Source: a virus. Taken from it: a stretch of DNA of 64,000 bases. The notes beneath the pieces are model-generated. The model was given only the letters and a program-made list of their open reading frames with translations, was not told the DNA's origin and did no database searches. Where the stretch lies: the IMG/VR virus record IMGVR_UViG_3300024492_000057, positions 3,798 to 67,797 of that record. One strand, written 5' to 3'. Positions 19,042 to 28,295 of this stretch are shown here, piece after piece (the stretch's first letter is position 1; each line of letters begins with the position of its first letter). The translations under genes were made by a program, and so were the position numbers.

Positions 19042-19201
19042 GCTTAAGCCAGGCGAAATAATGACATGTATACAATGTAATAAACGATATACCGCATCGG
19101 GAAGTTTATTAATGAATCCTTGTTACGAATGTGTTGAAAAGAATAAAAAAGATCCTAACCATGGTAAAAAACTAGGTAAAGGATTTAAACAATACGATTA
19201 G
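19028..19201 (+). CDS. small zinc-finger protein, 57 aa (not in ORF track)
   Basis: CIQC...CYEC; fills gap before promoter. Confidence 0.55.
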   Translation: MTSIKLKPGEIMTCIQCNKRYTASGSLLMNPCYECVEKNKKDPNHGKKLGKGFKQYD

Positions 19202-19204
19202 TAA

Positions 19205-19233
19205 TTGACAAATAGCTAGATATAGGTTATAGT
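19205..19233 (+). promoter_or_regulatory. sigma70-type promoter
   Basis: TTGACA-N17-TATAGT followed by AGGAG RBS. Confidence 0.82.
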
Positions 19234-19252
19234 ATTATTCTAGGAGATTAGA

Positions 19253-20224
19253 ATGGCAGGAAAATTCATAGTAAAACAAATTACAGATCTTAATAATATT
19301 GAACTAAATCAAGAGATTCCTGAGAGTGACTATAGTACACTCACCAATGAGGGCAAATTTGTTCAATTAACTTACGTAGAAGAAAATAAAGAACCAGAAC
19401 CATTTAAAGTAACTCCCGGTATTTATACTGTATCTAGTAATATGATGGGACTTTTCCTAGAAAAAACGAAGTTCACTAGCGATAGTATTCTAGAAGAATT
19501 TGTTAATACTAAAGAAATCGAAGATAAAGCTGACTGCTTCTTTAGAAATGTACATAAATATAAAGATCTAGGATTCGATGTAGCTACTCGTAAAATGCTC
19601 GTATTCGGACCTCCCGGATCCGGTAAATCTACTGCAATCGCTAAATTAGCTAATAAATACTCTAATCTAGGTGAAACTGCTGTAATCATCTATCCTACCG
19701 AAAAATATGAAGCTTTTCAAGTTAAAGACTTTATTAAGAGTTTTCACTACGAAGGCGTTTCTCGACTAATTTTAATTATGGAAGACGTAGGTGGTGTTGA
19801 GATGGAAGAAGTACGCCGAGGAGCAGACGCCGGTCTACTATCATTACTTGATAATAATGAAAAAACTCTTAAGATTCCAACACTTATTATTGCTACTACT
19901 AACTTTCCCGAAGTATTAATGGGAAGTTTAACGAACCGACCAGGAAGATTTGATGACAAAATCCGCGCCGGGTATCCCCCAAAAGAAGCCCGAATTAAAC
20001 TTATGGAGTTCTTCGTTAAACGAGAACTCTCACCTACTGAACAAAATGTATTGGCAACTAAATCTGCCGATGCGCTCTCTCCAGCCCATCTCAAGGAAGC
20101 ACTCATTCGTTCAGTTATCCACGAAAAAACCCTAGAAACCGCGCTTAAAGAAATCACTAAGGAAATTGAAGAATATAATCGAGCATTTAAAGAATCTAAT
20201 GGCGCGTTCGGATTAAATCGTTAA
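19253..20224 (+). CDS. AAA+ ATPase
   Basis: GPPGSGKS, IMED Walker B, ATTN sensor 1, RPGRFD arginine finger. Confidence 0.92.
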   Translation: MAGKFIVKQITDLNNIELNQEIPESDYSTLTNEGKFVQLTYVEENKEPEPFKVTPGIYTVSSNMMGLFLEKTKFTSDSILEEFVNTKEIEDKADCFFRNVHKYKDLGFDVATRKMLVFGPPGSGKSTAIAKLANKYSNLGETAVIIYPTEKYEAFQVKDFIKSFHYEGVSRLILIMEDVGGVEMEEVRRGADAGLLSLLDNNEKTLKIPTLIIATTNFPEVLMGSLTNRPGRFDDKIRAGYPPKEARIKLMEFFVKRELSPTEQNVLATKSADALSPAHLKEALIRSVIHEKTLETALKEITKEIEEYNRAFKESNGAFGLNR

Positions 20225-20499
20225 TGACTTATTATCTTAATAAACAAAATAAACGACATTTTGCATTATATAGCCATATAGATTTTGTAAATTGGCAAGA
20301 TTCAGGCGTAAACTGGGCAGAGATGATGCTCAATAAACGCTCAGAAATGCTCAATGAACAGGTTTCTAAGATTTCTCCACGCCGGGGTAAGAAAGAACAA
20401 CAACGCATTGAGGAAGAGATTACAGCGATTATAAACGATGAAATAGATCTATTCGACGTTTCTAATGAAACACTAGAAGAACTAGATGACGTTACATAG
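20224..20499 (+). CDS. hypothetical protein
   Basis: TAATG coupling. Confidence 0.7.
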   Translation: MTYYLNKQNKRHFALYSHIDFVNWQDSGVNWAEMMLNKRSEMLNEQVSKISPRRGKKEQQRIEEEITAIINDEIDLFDVSNETLEELDDVT

Positions 20500-20713
20500 C
20501 CTATCAGATCTCCGTAAAGCTAAGATATTCGTTAAGGATCTTGAGAAAATCCTTAAATTAGTAGATGCATCAGAAGCAGCTCTGCGGAATTATGAGAAAT
20601 ATAGACCTGTAGCTCATATTTTAACAACTTTAAAAGAAGAGCGAATGTTCTTAGAAGTATTTCTAGAACAGAATAAAGCTATTGTAGATTCTAAAGGGAA
20701 GCGGTATAAGTAA
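20486..20713 (+). CDS. hypothetical protein
   Basis: coupled ORF. Confidence 0.7.
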   Translation: MTLHSLSDLRKAKIFVKDLEKILKLVDASEAALRNYEKYRPVAHILTTLKEERMFLEVFLEQNKAIVDSKGKRYK

Positions 20714-21021
20714 TGGCAACAAACTGGAAAAAGAAATTAAAAGCTATTCCAGCAAGGGTACAAATTGCCCCTAAAGTTCATTATGAAGTTACCTGGCAAA
20801 AAGAGATATTAGATACTAAAGGTAATCACTTATATGGGATTACTGATCTAGATAATAAAATCATTACAATAAAAATGGGAATGAGCCCTAAATTAACAGT
20901 TGAAACCTATATACATGAAGTATTTCATGCATTTAGCCATGAATTTAATCTAGACTTAACCGAAAATCAAGTATTAGGACTTGAACATATAATACCTTAT
21001 CTAGATGGACTATTTCAATAA
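20713..21021 (+). CDS. small HExxH zinc metallopeptidase-like protein
   Basis: TYIHEVFHA plus downstream Glu. Confidence 0.7.
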   Translation: MATNWKKKLKAIPARVQIAPKVHYEVTWQKEILDTKGNHLYGITDLDNKIITIKMGMSPKLTVETYIHEVFHAFSHEFNLDLTENQVLGLEHIIPYLDGLFQ

Positions 21022-21030
21022 AGGACAAGA

Positions 21031-21816
21031 ATGAAACGACCCAAGATACTTTTACTCGACATTGAAACTGCGCCCTTAACTGGATACTTCTGGCGATTAT
21101 TTGAAGAACAGGGTGGAACATCTATGTTGGATGGGGATTGGTTCCTACTTTCCTGGAGTGCTAAGTGGTACGATCAGGATAAAGTTATGTATATGGACCA
21201 ACGCAATGCTAAAGATCTAGAAAATGAAAAGAAAATTCTAATCCCACTAAGAGCGCTAATGGAGCAAGCCGATATTATTATTGGACATAATGGTGATCGT
21301 TTCGACATTAAACGAATTAATACCCGAATTCAATTCCATAATCTAGAACCATTAATTAAAGGCATAGATTATCGTACAATTGATACACTTAAAATTGCTA
21401 AAAAACACTTTGACTTTACTTCCAATAAACTAGAATACCTAGCAAAATTCTTAGGTTGTAAACAACGAAAAACTAAATCTAAAGTATTTCCAGGCGTTGA
21501 ACTTTGGAAAGAATGCTTAAAACGAAATAAAGAAGCATTTAAAGAAATGGAAGCATATAATCGCCAAGACGTTCTGACTCTTCAGGATGTATATGATAAA
21601 TTAAAAGCTTGGGATAGTTCAATTAACTTTTCCGTATTTAACGAAGGTGAACACGTATGCAGCTGCGGTGAAACTAAGCTTATTAAAAAGGGATTAACCG
21701 CAACAAATTCAGGAGTATTTCAAAGATATAAATGCTCGAATTGCGGTAAACCACACAAATCCAAGATAAATCAATTAACTAAAGAACAAAAGAAAAAATT
21801 AAGGGAAGTAAAGTAA
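21031..21816 (+). CDS. DnaQ/RNase H-like 3'-5' exonuclease with C-terminal zinc ribbon
   Basis: LDIET, HNGDRFD, IDTL, YNRQDV; CSCG..CSNCG. Confidence 0.88.
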   Translation: MKRPKILLLDIETAPLTGYFWRLFEEQGGTSMLDGDWFLLSWSAKWYDQDKVMYMDQRNAKDLENEKKILIPLRALMEQADIIIGHNGDRFDIKRINTRIQFHNLEPLIKGIDYRTIDTLKIAKKHFDFTSNKLEYLAKFLGCKQRKTKSKVFPGVELWKECLKRNKEAFKEMEAYNRQDVLTLQDVYDKLKAWDSSINFSVFNEGEHVCSCGETKLIKKGLTATNSGVFQRYKCSNCGKPHKSKINQLTKEQKKKLREVK

Positions 21817-22286
21817 TGGCCACTATTTATACAAATCCAACGAATTTTAAAGTAAAGGTTAAAAAACTACATGAAAAAGCAGTAATTCCTAAATACTCTA
21901 AACCTGGAGATGCGGGATTAGATCTTACTGCGACTAGTAAATGTTACGAAGGCGATAATATTGTATACGGTACTGGACTTGCCATTGAAATTCCTGAAGG
22001 ATATGTCGGTTTACTCTTTCCTCGTTCTAGTTTATCTAAATACGATTTATCCTTAACTAATCACGTGGGAGTTATAGATTCCGGCTATCGTGGCGAATTA
22101 ATGTTTAAATTCAAACACACAGAAGGCCACTACTTAATGGGAGAAAAAAAATACGATGAATATCTATTAGGTGATCGAATTGGGCAATTATTAATTATAC
22201 CTTACCCAAAAATTGAATTAGTTGAAACTAAAGAATTAAGCGATAGTGAAAGAGGTACAGGCGGATATGGGAGTAGCGGTCGGTAA
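21816..22286 (+). CDS. dut: trimeric dUTPase
   Basis: AGLDL, PRSS, GVIDSGYRGE, RIGQL, RGTGGYGSSG. Confidence 0.96.
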   Translation: MATIYTNPTNFKVKVKKLHEKAVIPKYSKPGDAGLDLTATSKCYEGDNIVYGTGLAIEIPEGYVGLLFPRSSLSKYDLSLTNHVGVIDSGYRGELMFKFKHTEGHYLMGEKKYDEYLLGDRIGQLLIIPYPKIELVETKELSDSERGTGGYGSSGR

Positions 22287-22581
22287 AAAAGCTAAGCGAG
22301 AAGAAAACGAAATAGAGCGACTCGAAAAAGAAGTTAGAGAGCTAAAATCAATTAATCGCTCTCTGATGAAACAGTTAAAAAAATTAAGTAAAGGTATTCA
22401 TAAAGAGGAGTATGAAGAAGCCCTAGAAGAGGTTCATACCCGTGGCAAGAAAAAAGAAGAACGAAGAGAACGAGAATGTCCCGAATGTTCCCGCAGCGGC
22501 GGATTCCGAGAGATTGAAATCGCAGGAAGACGATTTGAACGCTGTGAACACTGTGGATATAAGTCAGGACGAATTAAATAA
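22267..22581 (+). CDS. coiled-coil plus zinc-ribbon protein
   Basis: CPEC...CEHCG. Confidence 0.7.
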   Translation: MGVAVGKKAKREENEIERLEKEVRELKSINRSLMKQLKKLSKGIHKEEYEEALEEVHTRGKKKEERRERECPECSRSGGFREIEIAGRRFERCEHCGYKSGRIK

Positions 22582-22924
22582 AGAGCTAAAACGCTTTTTA
22601 ATTCCAAAACTTAGATCAGCTAGCTATCGCTGGAAGTTTAGATCAGATGCTATTAAAGCAGCCCGTAAATCCAGAGGCATCTACGAATGTGCCATGTGTG
22701 GTTGCGAAATGAAAAACGGCGAATTTAAAGCAGATCATATCGATCCTGTAGTACCTATTGAAGGATGGGATGGATTAGATTGGACGTTATATATTAAACG
22801 TATGTTCGTACCAGCTAGCGGATTTCAGATCATTTGTACCTCCTGCCATGATATCAAGACCGATACAGAGATTACTCTAAGAAAAATGTATCGTGAGAAG
22901 AAAAAACAAGCAAAAAAGACTTGA
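22442..22924 (+). CDS. HNH endonuclease family protein
   Basis: CAMC, DHIDP, CTSCHDIKT; true start uncertain. Confidence 0.8.
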   Translation: MARKKKNEENENVPNVPAAADSERLKSQEDDLNAVNTVDISQDELNKELKRFLIPKLRSASYRWKFRSDAIKAARKSRGIYECAMCGCEMKNGEFKADHIDPVVPIEGWDGLDWTLYIKRMFVPASGFQIICTSCHDIKTDTEITLRKMYREKKKQAKKT

Positions 22925-22949
22925 CATTTATTATACCCTATAGTATAGT
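22921..22949 (+). promoter_or_regulatory. sigma70-type promoter
   Basis: TTGACA-N17-TATAGT. Confidence 0.8.
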
Positions 22950-22960
22950 AATATAGACTC

Positions 22961-22983
22961 AAAAGAGGCATTCGCTTCTTTTT
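22961..22983 (+). terminator. terminator-like hairpin just downstream of the promoter
   Basis: AAAAGAGGC-ATTC-GCTTCTTTTT. Confidence 0.5.
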
Positions 22984-23007
22984 AATAAAAACAATGAAAG
23001 GTAATTA

Positions 23008-23850
23008 ATGAAACTATTAGTATTAGCAGCGCTTGCCGCTGTTACAACCGGCGCTGCAGTATTTACTGTAGATCCATTTAATAAATCTGCTCCAACCTCC
23101 ACCAGCGAAGTTGTAGTAAATTCAGCAACCGTTCCTGGTAATATTACAGATGCTCGTCTTAAAAAGACTGAAGCTCCGTTTTCAGCTGAAAAGAAGATCG
23201 TAAAGGCTGTAGTAAATCCAAAGCGAGTACTTTATCTTGTAAATGAAGTAGATTTTGGAACTTCTCAGTTTCTTTCTAATGAAATTAAACGTCTCCAAAA
23301 AGAGTCTAATGAACCAATCTGGCTTCTTCTAGATAGCCCTGGCGGTTCTGTTCTAGATGGTGCAACGCTTATTAGCGAAATGGAAGCATCTAGCGCTCCT
23401 GTACATACCGTATGTACTCGTCTATGCGCATCTATGGCAGCTATGATCCATTCATATGGTAAACAGCGTTATATGCTCGATAGAGCTATTTTAATGTATC
23501 ACCCAGCATCAGCAGGCGTACAAGGTCAAGTACCTAATATGCTTAGTCTTCTAAATACAATTAACCGCTATACAGACAAAATGGTAGCTAATATCGTTAA
23601 TCGTAGCTCTCTATCTTTAGAAGAGTACGAAAAACTTGTAGCATATGAACTCTGGATCGATTCTGAAGACGCTGTAAATAAAAAGCTCACCGATTCTATT
23701 ATCAACCTTAATGTAGCTGCATATCCCGATCAGACCGAAGAAATTCTTACAGAAGACACTCCCCCTGAAGAAGGTAATGGTCTAGTATATAAGCTTATCT
23801 CTCCACATACCAACCTCTGGCAGCGTAATGCTCGAAAAAATCAAAAGTAA
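23008..23850 (+). CDS. ClpP-family serine protease with N-terminal signal peptide/anchor
   Basis: LDSPGGSV, CASMAA (Ser), MYHP (His), EA....L.D; MKLLVLAALAAVTTGAA. Confidence 0.85.
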   Translation: MKLLVLAALAAVTTGAAVFTVDPFNKSAPTSTSEVVVNSATVPGNITDARLKKTEAPFSAEKKIVKAVVNPKRVLYLVNEVDFGTSQFLSNEIKRLQKESNEPIWLLLDSPGGSVLDGATLISEMEASSAPVHTVCTRLCASMAAMIHSYGKQRYMLDRAILMYHPASAGVQGQVPNMLSLLNTINRYTDKMVANIVNRSSLSLEEYEKLVAYELWIDSEDAVNKKLTDSIINLNVAAYPDQTEEILTEDTPPEEGNGLVYKLISPHTNLWQRNARKNQK

Positions 23851-24109
23851 TATACAATTGATTATAGGTGGGCTAGTGGCGATTTTGTCGCTAGCCTTCT
23901 TATTTGAACGTCAAAAGCGTAAAGAAGCCGAAGCTATCGCCGATAATAAAGAAGTTCTAGATGAACTTAATAAAGGCGATAAGCAAAAAGCATCAAATGA
24001 CGGTCAATTACAAGCTGAAGAAGTTAAACGTGAAGAGATTAGAAAGGAAGCTGAAGATGCAAAAGCTGATGATAGCTCTGATGCTACTGACTTTCTCCGC
24101 AAACGCTGA
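23828..24109 (+). CDS. N-anchored membrane coiled-coil protein (spanin-like architecture)
   Basis: one TM followed by charged helix. Confidence 0.6.
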   Translation: MLEKIKSNIQLIIGGLVAILSLAFLFERQKRKEAEAIADNKEVLDELNKGDKQKASNDGQLQAEEVKREEIRKEAEDAKADDSSDATDFLRKR

Positions 24110-24320
24110 CCAAGATACTGAAGAATATGGACGGTGCATTGAACAATATCCATGTGATTTAGATGGTAAAAGCTTACATCACCTTCCTAAAAAAGAACGC
24201 GATCGTATCTTAAAATGTAGATTAGATCGTCATCTTAAATGCTCAGTACCAGATGAAGAAACAGGTTATGTTCTAGATCCAGTATATGAATGGACTAAAA
24301 TTTATGGAGAATATCTATGA
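24057..24320 (+). CDS. secreted cysteine-containing protein
   Basis: start refined to MQKLMIALMLLTFSANA signal peptide; AAGGA RBS. Confidence 0.6.
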   Translation: MQKLMIALMLLTFSANADQDTEEYGRCIEQYPCDLDGKSLHHLPKKERDRILKCRLDRHLKCSVPDEETGYVLDPVYEWTKIYGEYL

Positions 24321-24709
24321 AAAAAATACTAACTCTATTACTCATTCTGGCTCAACCGGCTTATGCCGGTAACGCAATCAAAGTACATACTGGCGACGTA
24401 GTTACTAAAGAGTTCAATGAGGGTACTTTACTAGATAAAGAACAAGCCGAACGCATTAAAGATCAATTGATTGAACGAGATGCGTTTGAAAAAGAGAATG
24501 CATCTTATAGGAAGTCTGTAGATCTATATAAAAACAATGAAGTTATTCTATCTAATCAAAAAGACCTACTTCTTAATCAAAATATCAAGTTGACCGAGAC
24601 ATTAAACGATCAACGAGATATGAGCGAATGGACCAAGATTGGTTACTTTGTATTAGGAATAGGCATTGCCGGATTAGCGGTGTACGGTGCAGGACAACTC
24701 CGAAAATAA
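24317..24709 (+). CDS. signal-peptide, coiled-coil protein with C-terminal TM (possible spanin component)
   Basis: MKKILTLLLILAQPAYA; C-terminal IGYFVLGIGIAGLAVYGA. Confidence 0.65.
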   Translation: MKKILTLLLILAQPAYAGNAIKVHTGDVVTKEFNEGTLLDKEQAERIKDQLIERDAFEKENASYRKSVDLYKNNEVILSNQKDLLLNQNIKLTETLNDQRDMSEWTKIGYFVLGIGIAGLAVYGAGQLRK

Positions 24710-25415
24710 GCTCAAACAATCTGCTCATACTCTGGAAACTGACGAACTTCTAAAGCTATTAGAAGAAACTGAAGTTAAAACAGACGAACCAGTTCAATTT
24801 GAAGATGACGTTCTAAACTTTATAGCAACGTTTACTATTGAACCCGGAAATGAGAAGATTAAACAACATACTTTATATCTAATTTATAAAGCATGGAGTC
24901 AAAATCCTTTAAAAAAGATGGTATTCCTCAATAAAATGAGGAATTACTTTGAAAGTTGTCAAGTATCCGGGAGCGCAGGATACTTAATTAATCAAAACGC
25001 AATTAAGTTAACCCACTCAGCCTATAAATACTTTTCTAATAGGAATATTAGAATTAATAGTAAAGCATGGGCTAAGCACTTTGAAAATTTCCTTAAATTT
25101 CATGCATTAGATAAGGGTAATTTCTGGATTCATCAGGAAATATTATATTTTATATACGATAAATTCTGTTATGCAACTGGTTTAGCTAATCATTCCAGCA
25201 AACATTTCAGTAAACCGACGTTCTTTATCTATTGTCAATTATATTTACCAACTAAGAAGACCAAAAAAGGTATATTATATGGAGTTACCGATAATATACA
25301 GAACTTCTTTCAAATAGGTCAACTAGAAAGGATGCAAAAAGAGTATGAAAAAGAAAAGAAAAAACCGAAGAAGCGAAAGCGAAAGACCAAATCTAGAACC
25401 AAGGCTCAATCTTAA
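24687..25415 (+). CDS. probable DNA-binding protein with two winged-helix-like repeats
   Basis: I...LY.IY..[WF] and F...pattern occurs twice; basic tail. Confidence 0.5.
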   Translation: MQDNSENKLKQSAHTLETDELLKLLEETEVKTDEPVQFEDDVLNFIATFTIEPGNEKIKQHTLYLIYKAWSQNPLKKMVFLNKMRNYFESCQVSGSAGYLINQNAIKLTHSAYKYFSNRNIRINSKAWAKHFENFLKFHALDKGNFWIHQEILYFIYDKFCYATGLANHSSKHFSKPTFFIYCQLYLPTKKTKKGILYGVTDNIQNFFQIGQLERMQKEYEKEKKKPKKRKRKTKSRTKAQS

Positions 25416-25812
25416 AACTCGTTATGACCTATACGATCAAGATTATCTACACAAACTAAGCCCAGAAGAGTTAGATTGGCTTAATAAGTTTAATAAAGAG
25501 TATGTATCTGCAGACCTAGATACAAAAAACCCTAGAAAAAACTTTCATAAGAACAAAAAACTTAAAAAAGATTGTTATGATAGGAATAATGCTCGAAATC
25601 GGGATATATTAACTAGAGCTAAAGCTTCAAAACAATTATTACCGTATGAAGATTTAGAAGAAGAATCTCAAAATAAAGAATATGAAGATTATTTAATCTC
25701 CAAAATGGATGAAAAAGACGCTAGAGAAGCGATCGAATGGCTAGCAGATGAGCTTGAAAAAGACGAAGAAAAGCTTGAAAGTAATTTAATTAATGAACAA
25801 AAAAAGGAATAA
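25345..25812 (+). CDS. hypothetical protein, last gene of + arm
   Basis: ORF track; converges on - arm. Confidence 0.7.
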   Translation: MKKKRKNRRSESERPNLEPRLNLKTRYDLYDQDYLHKLSPEELDWLNKFNKEYVSADLDTKNPRKNFHKNKKLKKDCYDRNNARNRDILTRAKASKQLLPYEDLEEESQNKEYEDYLISKMDEKDAREAIEWLADELEKDEEKLESNLINEQKKE

Positions 25813-26092
25813 TCTGCATAACGAAAAGGGTTAATCCACCTAAAGCAGATATAATAACTACGGCATTTCTAGCAAATTGAGAATCTTTTTCTAATTGAGA
25901 TAATCTAGAACTAACTTCAAGTTCAAATAATTCCATACGTTTTTCAGCAGTAGTAGAACGTTGTTCATGACGTTCAACTACAACATTCTGACGAGTTTGC
26001 TCTTCCGCCATAGCATCTAGCTTAGCCTCAACTCGCTGTACATTATCATGAACTTTTTCAATAATTTCTATAACTAATTCTGTTTTATCCAT
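25790..26092 (-). CDS. coiled-coil protein with C-terminal TM (holin/XhlA-like architecture)
   Basis: hydrophobic C-terminus, last gene of late arm. Confidence 0.6.
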   Translation of the reverse strand: MDKTELVIEIIEKVHDNVQRVEAKLDAMAEEQTRQNVVVERHEQRSTTAEKRMELFELEVSSRLSQLEKDSQFARNAVVIISALGGLTLFVMQIIPFFVH

Positions 26093-26094
26093 AA

Positions 26095-26397
26095 TTATTT
26101 CATCAATCTAAGTAATTCTGCTACTTCTTCAGGCGATAATTCACTAACTTTACGTTCAGCTTCAACTTCTCCTGGACTTAATTGTCTTACCCCAGGATCT
26201 GATTCTAATATATTTAAGTTAGGTTCACTTTTTAACACAAGTCCTTCAGGAGGTAAGCTTTCTAACGGCGCACGTTCACGACGTTTAGCACTTAAATCCG
26301 CATAATTACGAGCGGCATCTTGAGCAGCCTCTGGATAAGGTTGATCTTCAATATCCGGGGTAGCTCGCATACCTTTAAGAAATTTAAATGGATGCAT
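26095..26397 (-). CDS. hypothetical virion-associated protein
   Basis: coupled to ejection genes. Confidence 0.6.
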   Translation of the reverse strand: MHPFKFLKGMRATPDIEDQPYPEAAQDAARNYADLSAKRRERAPLESLPPEGLVLKSEPNLNILESDPGVRQLSPGEVEAERKVSELSPEEVAELLRLMK

Positions 26398-28295
26398 TAC
26401 TTGTTTTCCTCATTTTCACTTAAGAACTCACGATAATCTGGATCCTGCATTAGTGCAAATAGAACAGCATTCTTAGCGCTTTCATTCTTATTAGCTAAAG
26501 CCTGCTCTAACTTCTCTCCATATAAAGCTGCACCTTTAACATTAGAAGTTTTAAGCTTCTGAGCTACACCTTGTAGTTTATCAAATGGATAACTAAACAC
26601 TTTCTTAGTTAATTCAGCAGGTTTAGAAGTTACAATTTGACCAGCCTTTTGAGCTAAATTGTATCCAGTGCCTTCACCAGAACCCACAATCTGACCCCAC
26701 ATGGTTCTAGATAGACTTTCATGAGGTTCAATACCTTGAGCTTGACGAAGAACGGCCATTCTATCGGCTAATTTAGACCATTTACTGCCAACTTGTTCAG
26801 CAGTTCCACCTAAAGCTTTAACAGCTTCTGGACTAGAGGCTTCAATGTTCTTGAGATTAACGATCATCTCCTCTAATCCAGCTCTAGAACCTTCTACAGT
26901 AGGAGCACCAGGCATACGAGCCTTACCAAAAACATCCTTTAGTCCTTTATAAAGCTCAGTTTCACGATGTTTAAGGCTACCAAGCATCTTTGTACGCTTG
27001 TCGGCAGGTAATCCCGGTTGAAGGGCAACTTCAGGAACCATCTCTCTAAATTGGGCGAACTTAGAAGCAGCTTGGGCGTATTCAGGAATTTCACGCTTAA
27101 GAGCAACATCTAGAGATTTACCTAATTGTAATCCCTTCTGACGGGCAATATTAGCTACGTCACTAGACATACCTTGTAAACGATCAGAAAGATCATAAAA
27201 GGTATCTTTTAAAGCTCTAGCTTCAACTGGAGTTAAATCTCCGCGAGCTTCTGGAGCTAACTTCATTAATAGAGCTTTAGATTTAGGATCAACAGTCTGT
27301 AATAATACAGGATTATCAGCAAAGATCTGAAATAGATCATCTGAAGCGGCTTTAATTTCAGGATCTATATTGATGCGCTTAGTAGAATTTTCTAAGGAAG
27401 CACCGACAGCTTCACCTAAAGCCTTATCAGCGGCTAAAATTTCGTCGGTAATTGTACTTGGAATTTCTTGAGAAAGCTTAGCAACTTTAGCTTTACCGGC
27501 AGAAGTATCAAAATGAACACCTTCTTTACCCATTTCATAAGCTTCACCTAGCTTACGGGTAAAGTCGAATTTCTTAGGAATATCTGAAGCACCTTCAATT
27601 AAAGCTTTTCCACCAACCGCACCTGCGCCTAAAAGAAGACCTGCACCAGAAGCCATTCCAGCACCGGATACTATATCCATAGCCAATTCAGCTGGACGAG
27701 AGATATCCGCCTCGGAAGACCACGCCCCATATAGAGCACCAACTGGAGCAGCTTCTATAGCACTAGCAACACCCTTACCGGCGATTTTACCAGCAGTACC
27801 ACCAGCTTGACCAGCTAAAAATCTAGCGGCAGCTGGAGATAATTTACCAGCGGCACCAACTAGCTTAGCACCGCCTAAACTAGGCATAAGAGGAACTGTA
27901 GCTAATCCACCGGCAACCTCTCCGCCCATATAAGCAAGAGGAGATTCTTCAGCTAATTTCTTATTAGCAGCTTCACGTAATTTCTGATATTGACGCCATT
28001 TATCAGGAACACTGAGCATATCAGATTTCCCAGTTAGGAGATCCGCGCCAACATCAACCCCAGCACCTAATTCGTCGGAAAAGCCCATTGTAGCGCCTTG
28101 AGCAGCGCCTGCAGCCATTGCTGGAGCAGCTTCAACGAATCCTTGAGAACCACCTTGAAGTGCTTTACCAATTTCAGGACTAACGAATGGAATAGAAAAA
28201 GACGGAGGTTGAATCTGCTGTTTACGAAGCTGATCTTGATACTCTTCTTCTTCAAGTTGAAGTAATTCTAATTCTTCATCAGTAGATAAAGGCAT
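26397..28295 (-). CDS. internal virion (ejection) protein
   Basis: GAAQGAT.GFSDEL.A motif, Gly/Ala-rich hydrophobic helices, position after nozzle. Confidence 0.72.
   Translation of the reverse strand: MPLSTDEELELLQLEEEEYQDQLRKQQIQPPSFSIPFVSPEIGKALQGGSQGFVEAAPAMAAGAAQGATMGFSDELGAGVDVGADLLTGKSDMLSVPDKWRQYQKLREAANKKLAEESPLAYMGGEVAGGLATVPLMPSLGGAKLVGAAGKLSPAAARFLAGQAGGTAGKIAGKGVASAIEAAPVGALYGAWSSEADISRPAELAMDIVSGAGMASGAGLLLGAGAVGGKALIEGASDIPKKFDFTRKLGEAYEMGKEGVHFDTSAGKAKVAKLSQEIPSTITDEILAADKALGEAVGASLENSTKRINIDPEIKAASDDLFQIFADNPVLLQTVDPKSKALLMKLAPEARGDLTPVEARALKDTFYDLSDRLQGMSSDVANIARQKGLQLGKSLDVALKREIPEYAQAASKFAQFREMVPEVALQPGLPADKRTKMLGSLKHRETELYKGLKDVFGKARMPGAPTVEGSRAGLEEMIVNLKNIEASSPEAVKALGGTAEQVGSKWSKLADRMAVLRQAQGIEPHESLSRTMWGQIVGSGEGTGYNLAQKAGQIVTSKPAELTKKVFSYPFDKLQGVAQKLKTSNVKGAALYGEKLEQALANKNESAKNAVLFALMQDPDYREFLSENEENK

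Noticed and set aside
23008-23850. Prohead maturation protease
   Set aside because: Signal peptide, early-type promoter and location far from head genes argue against it, though not excluded
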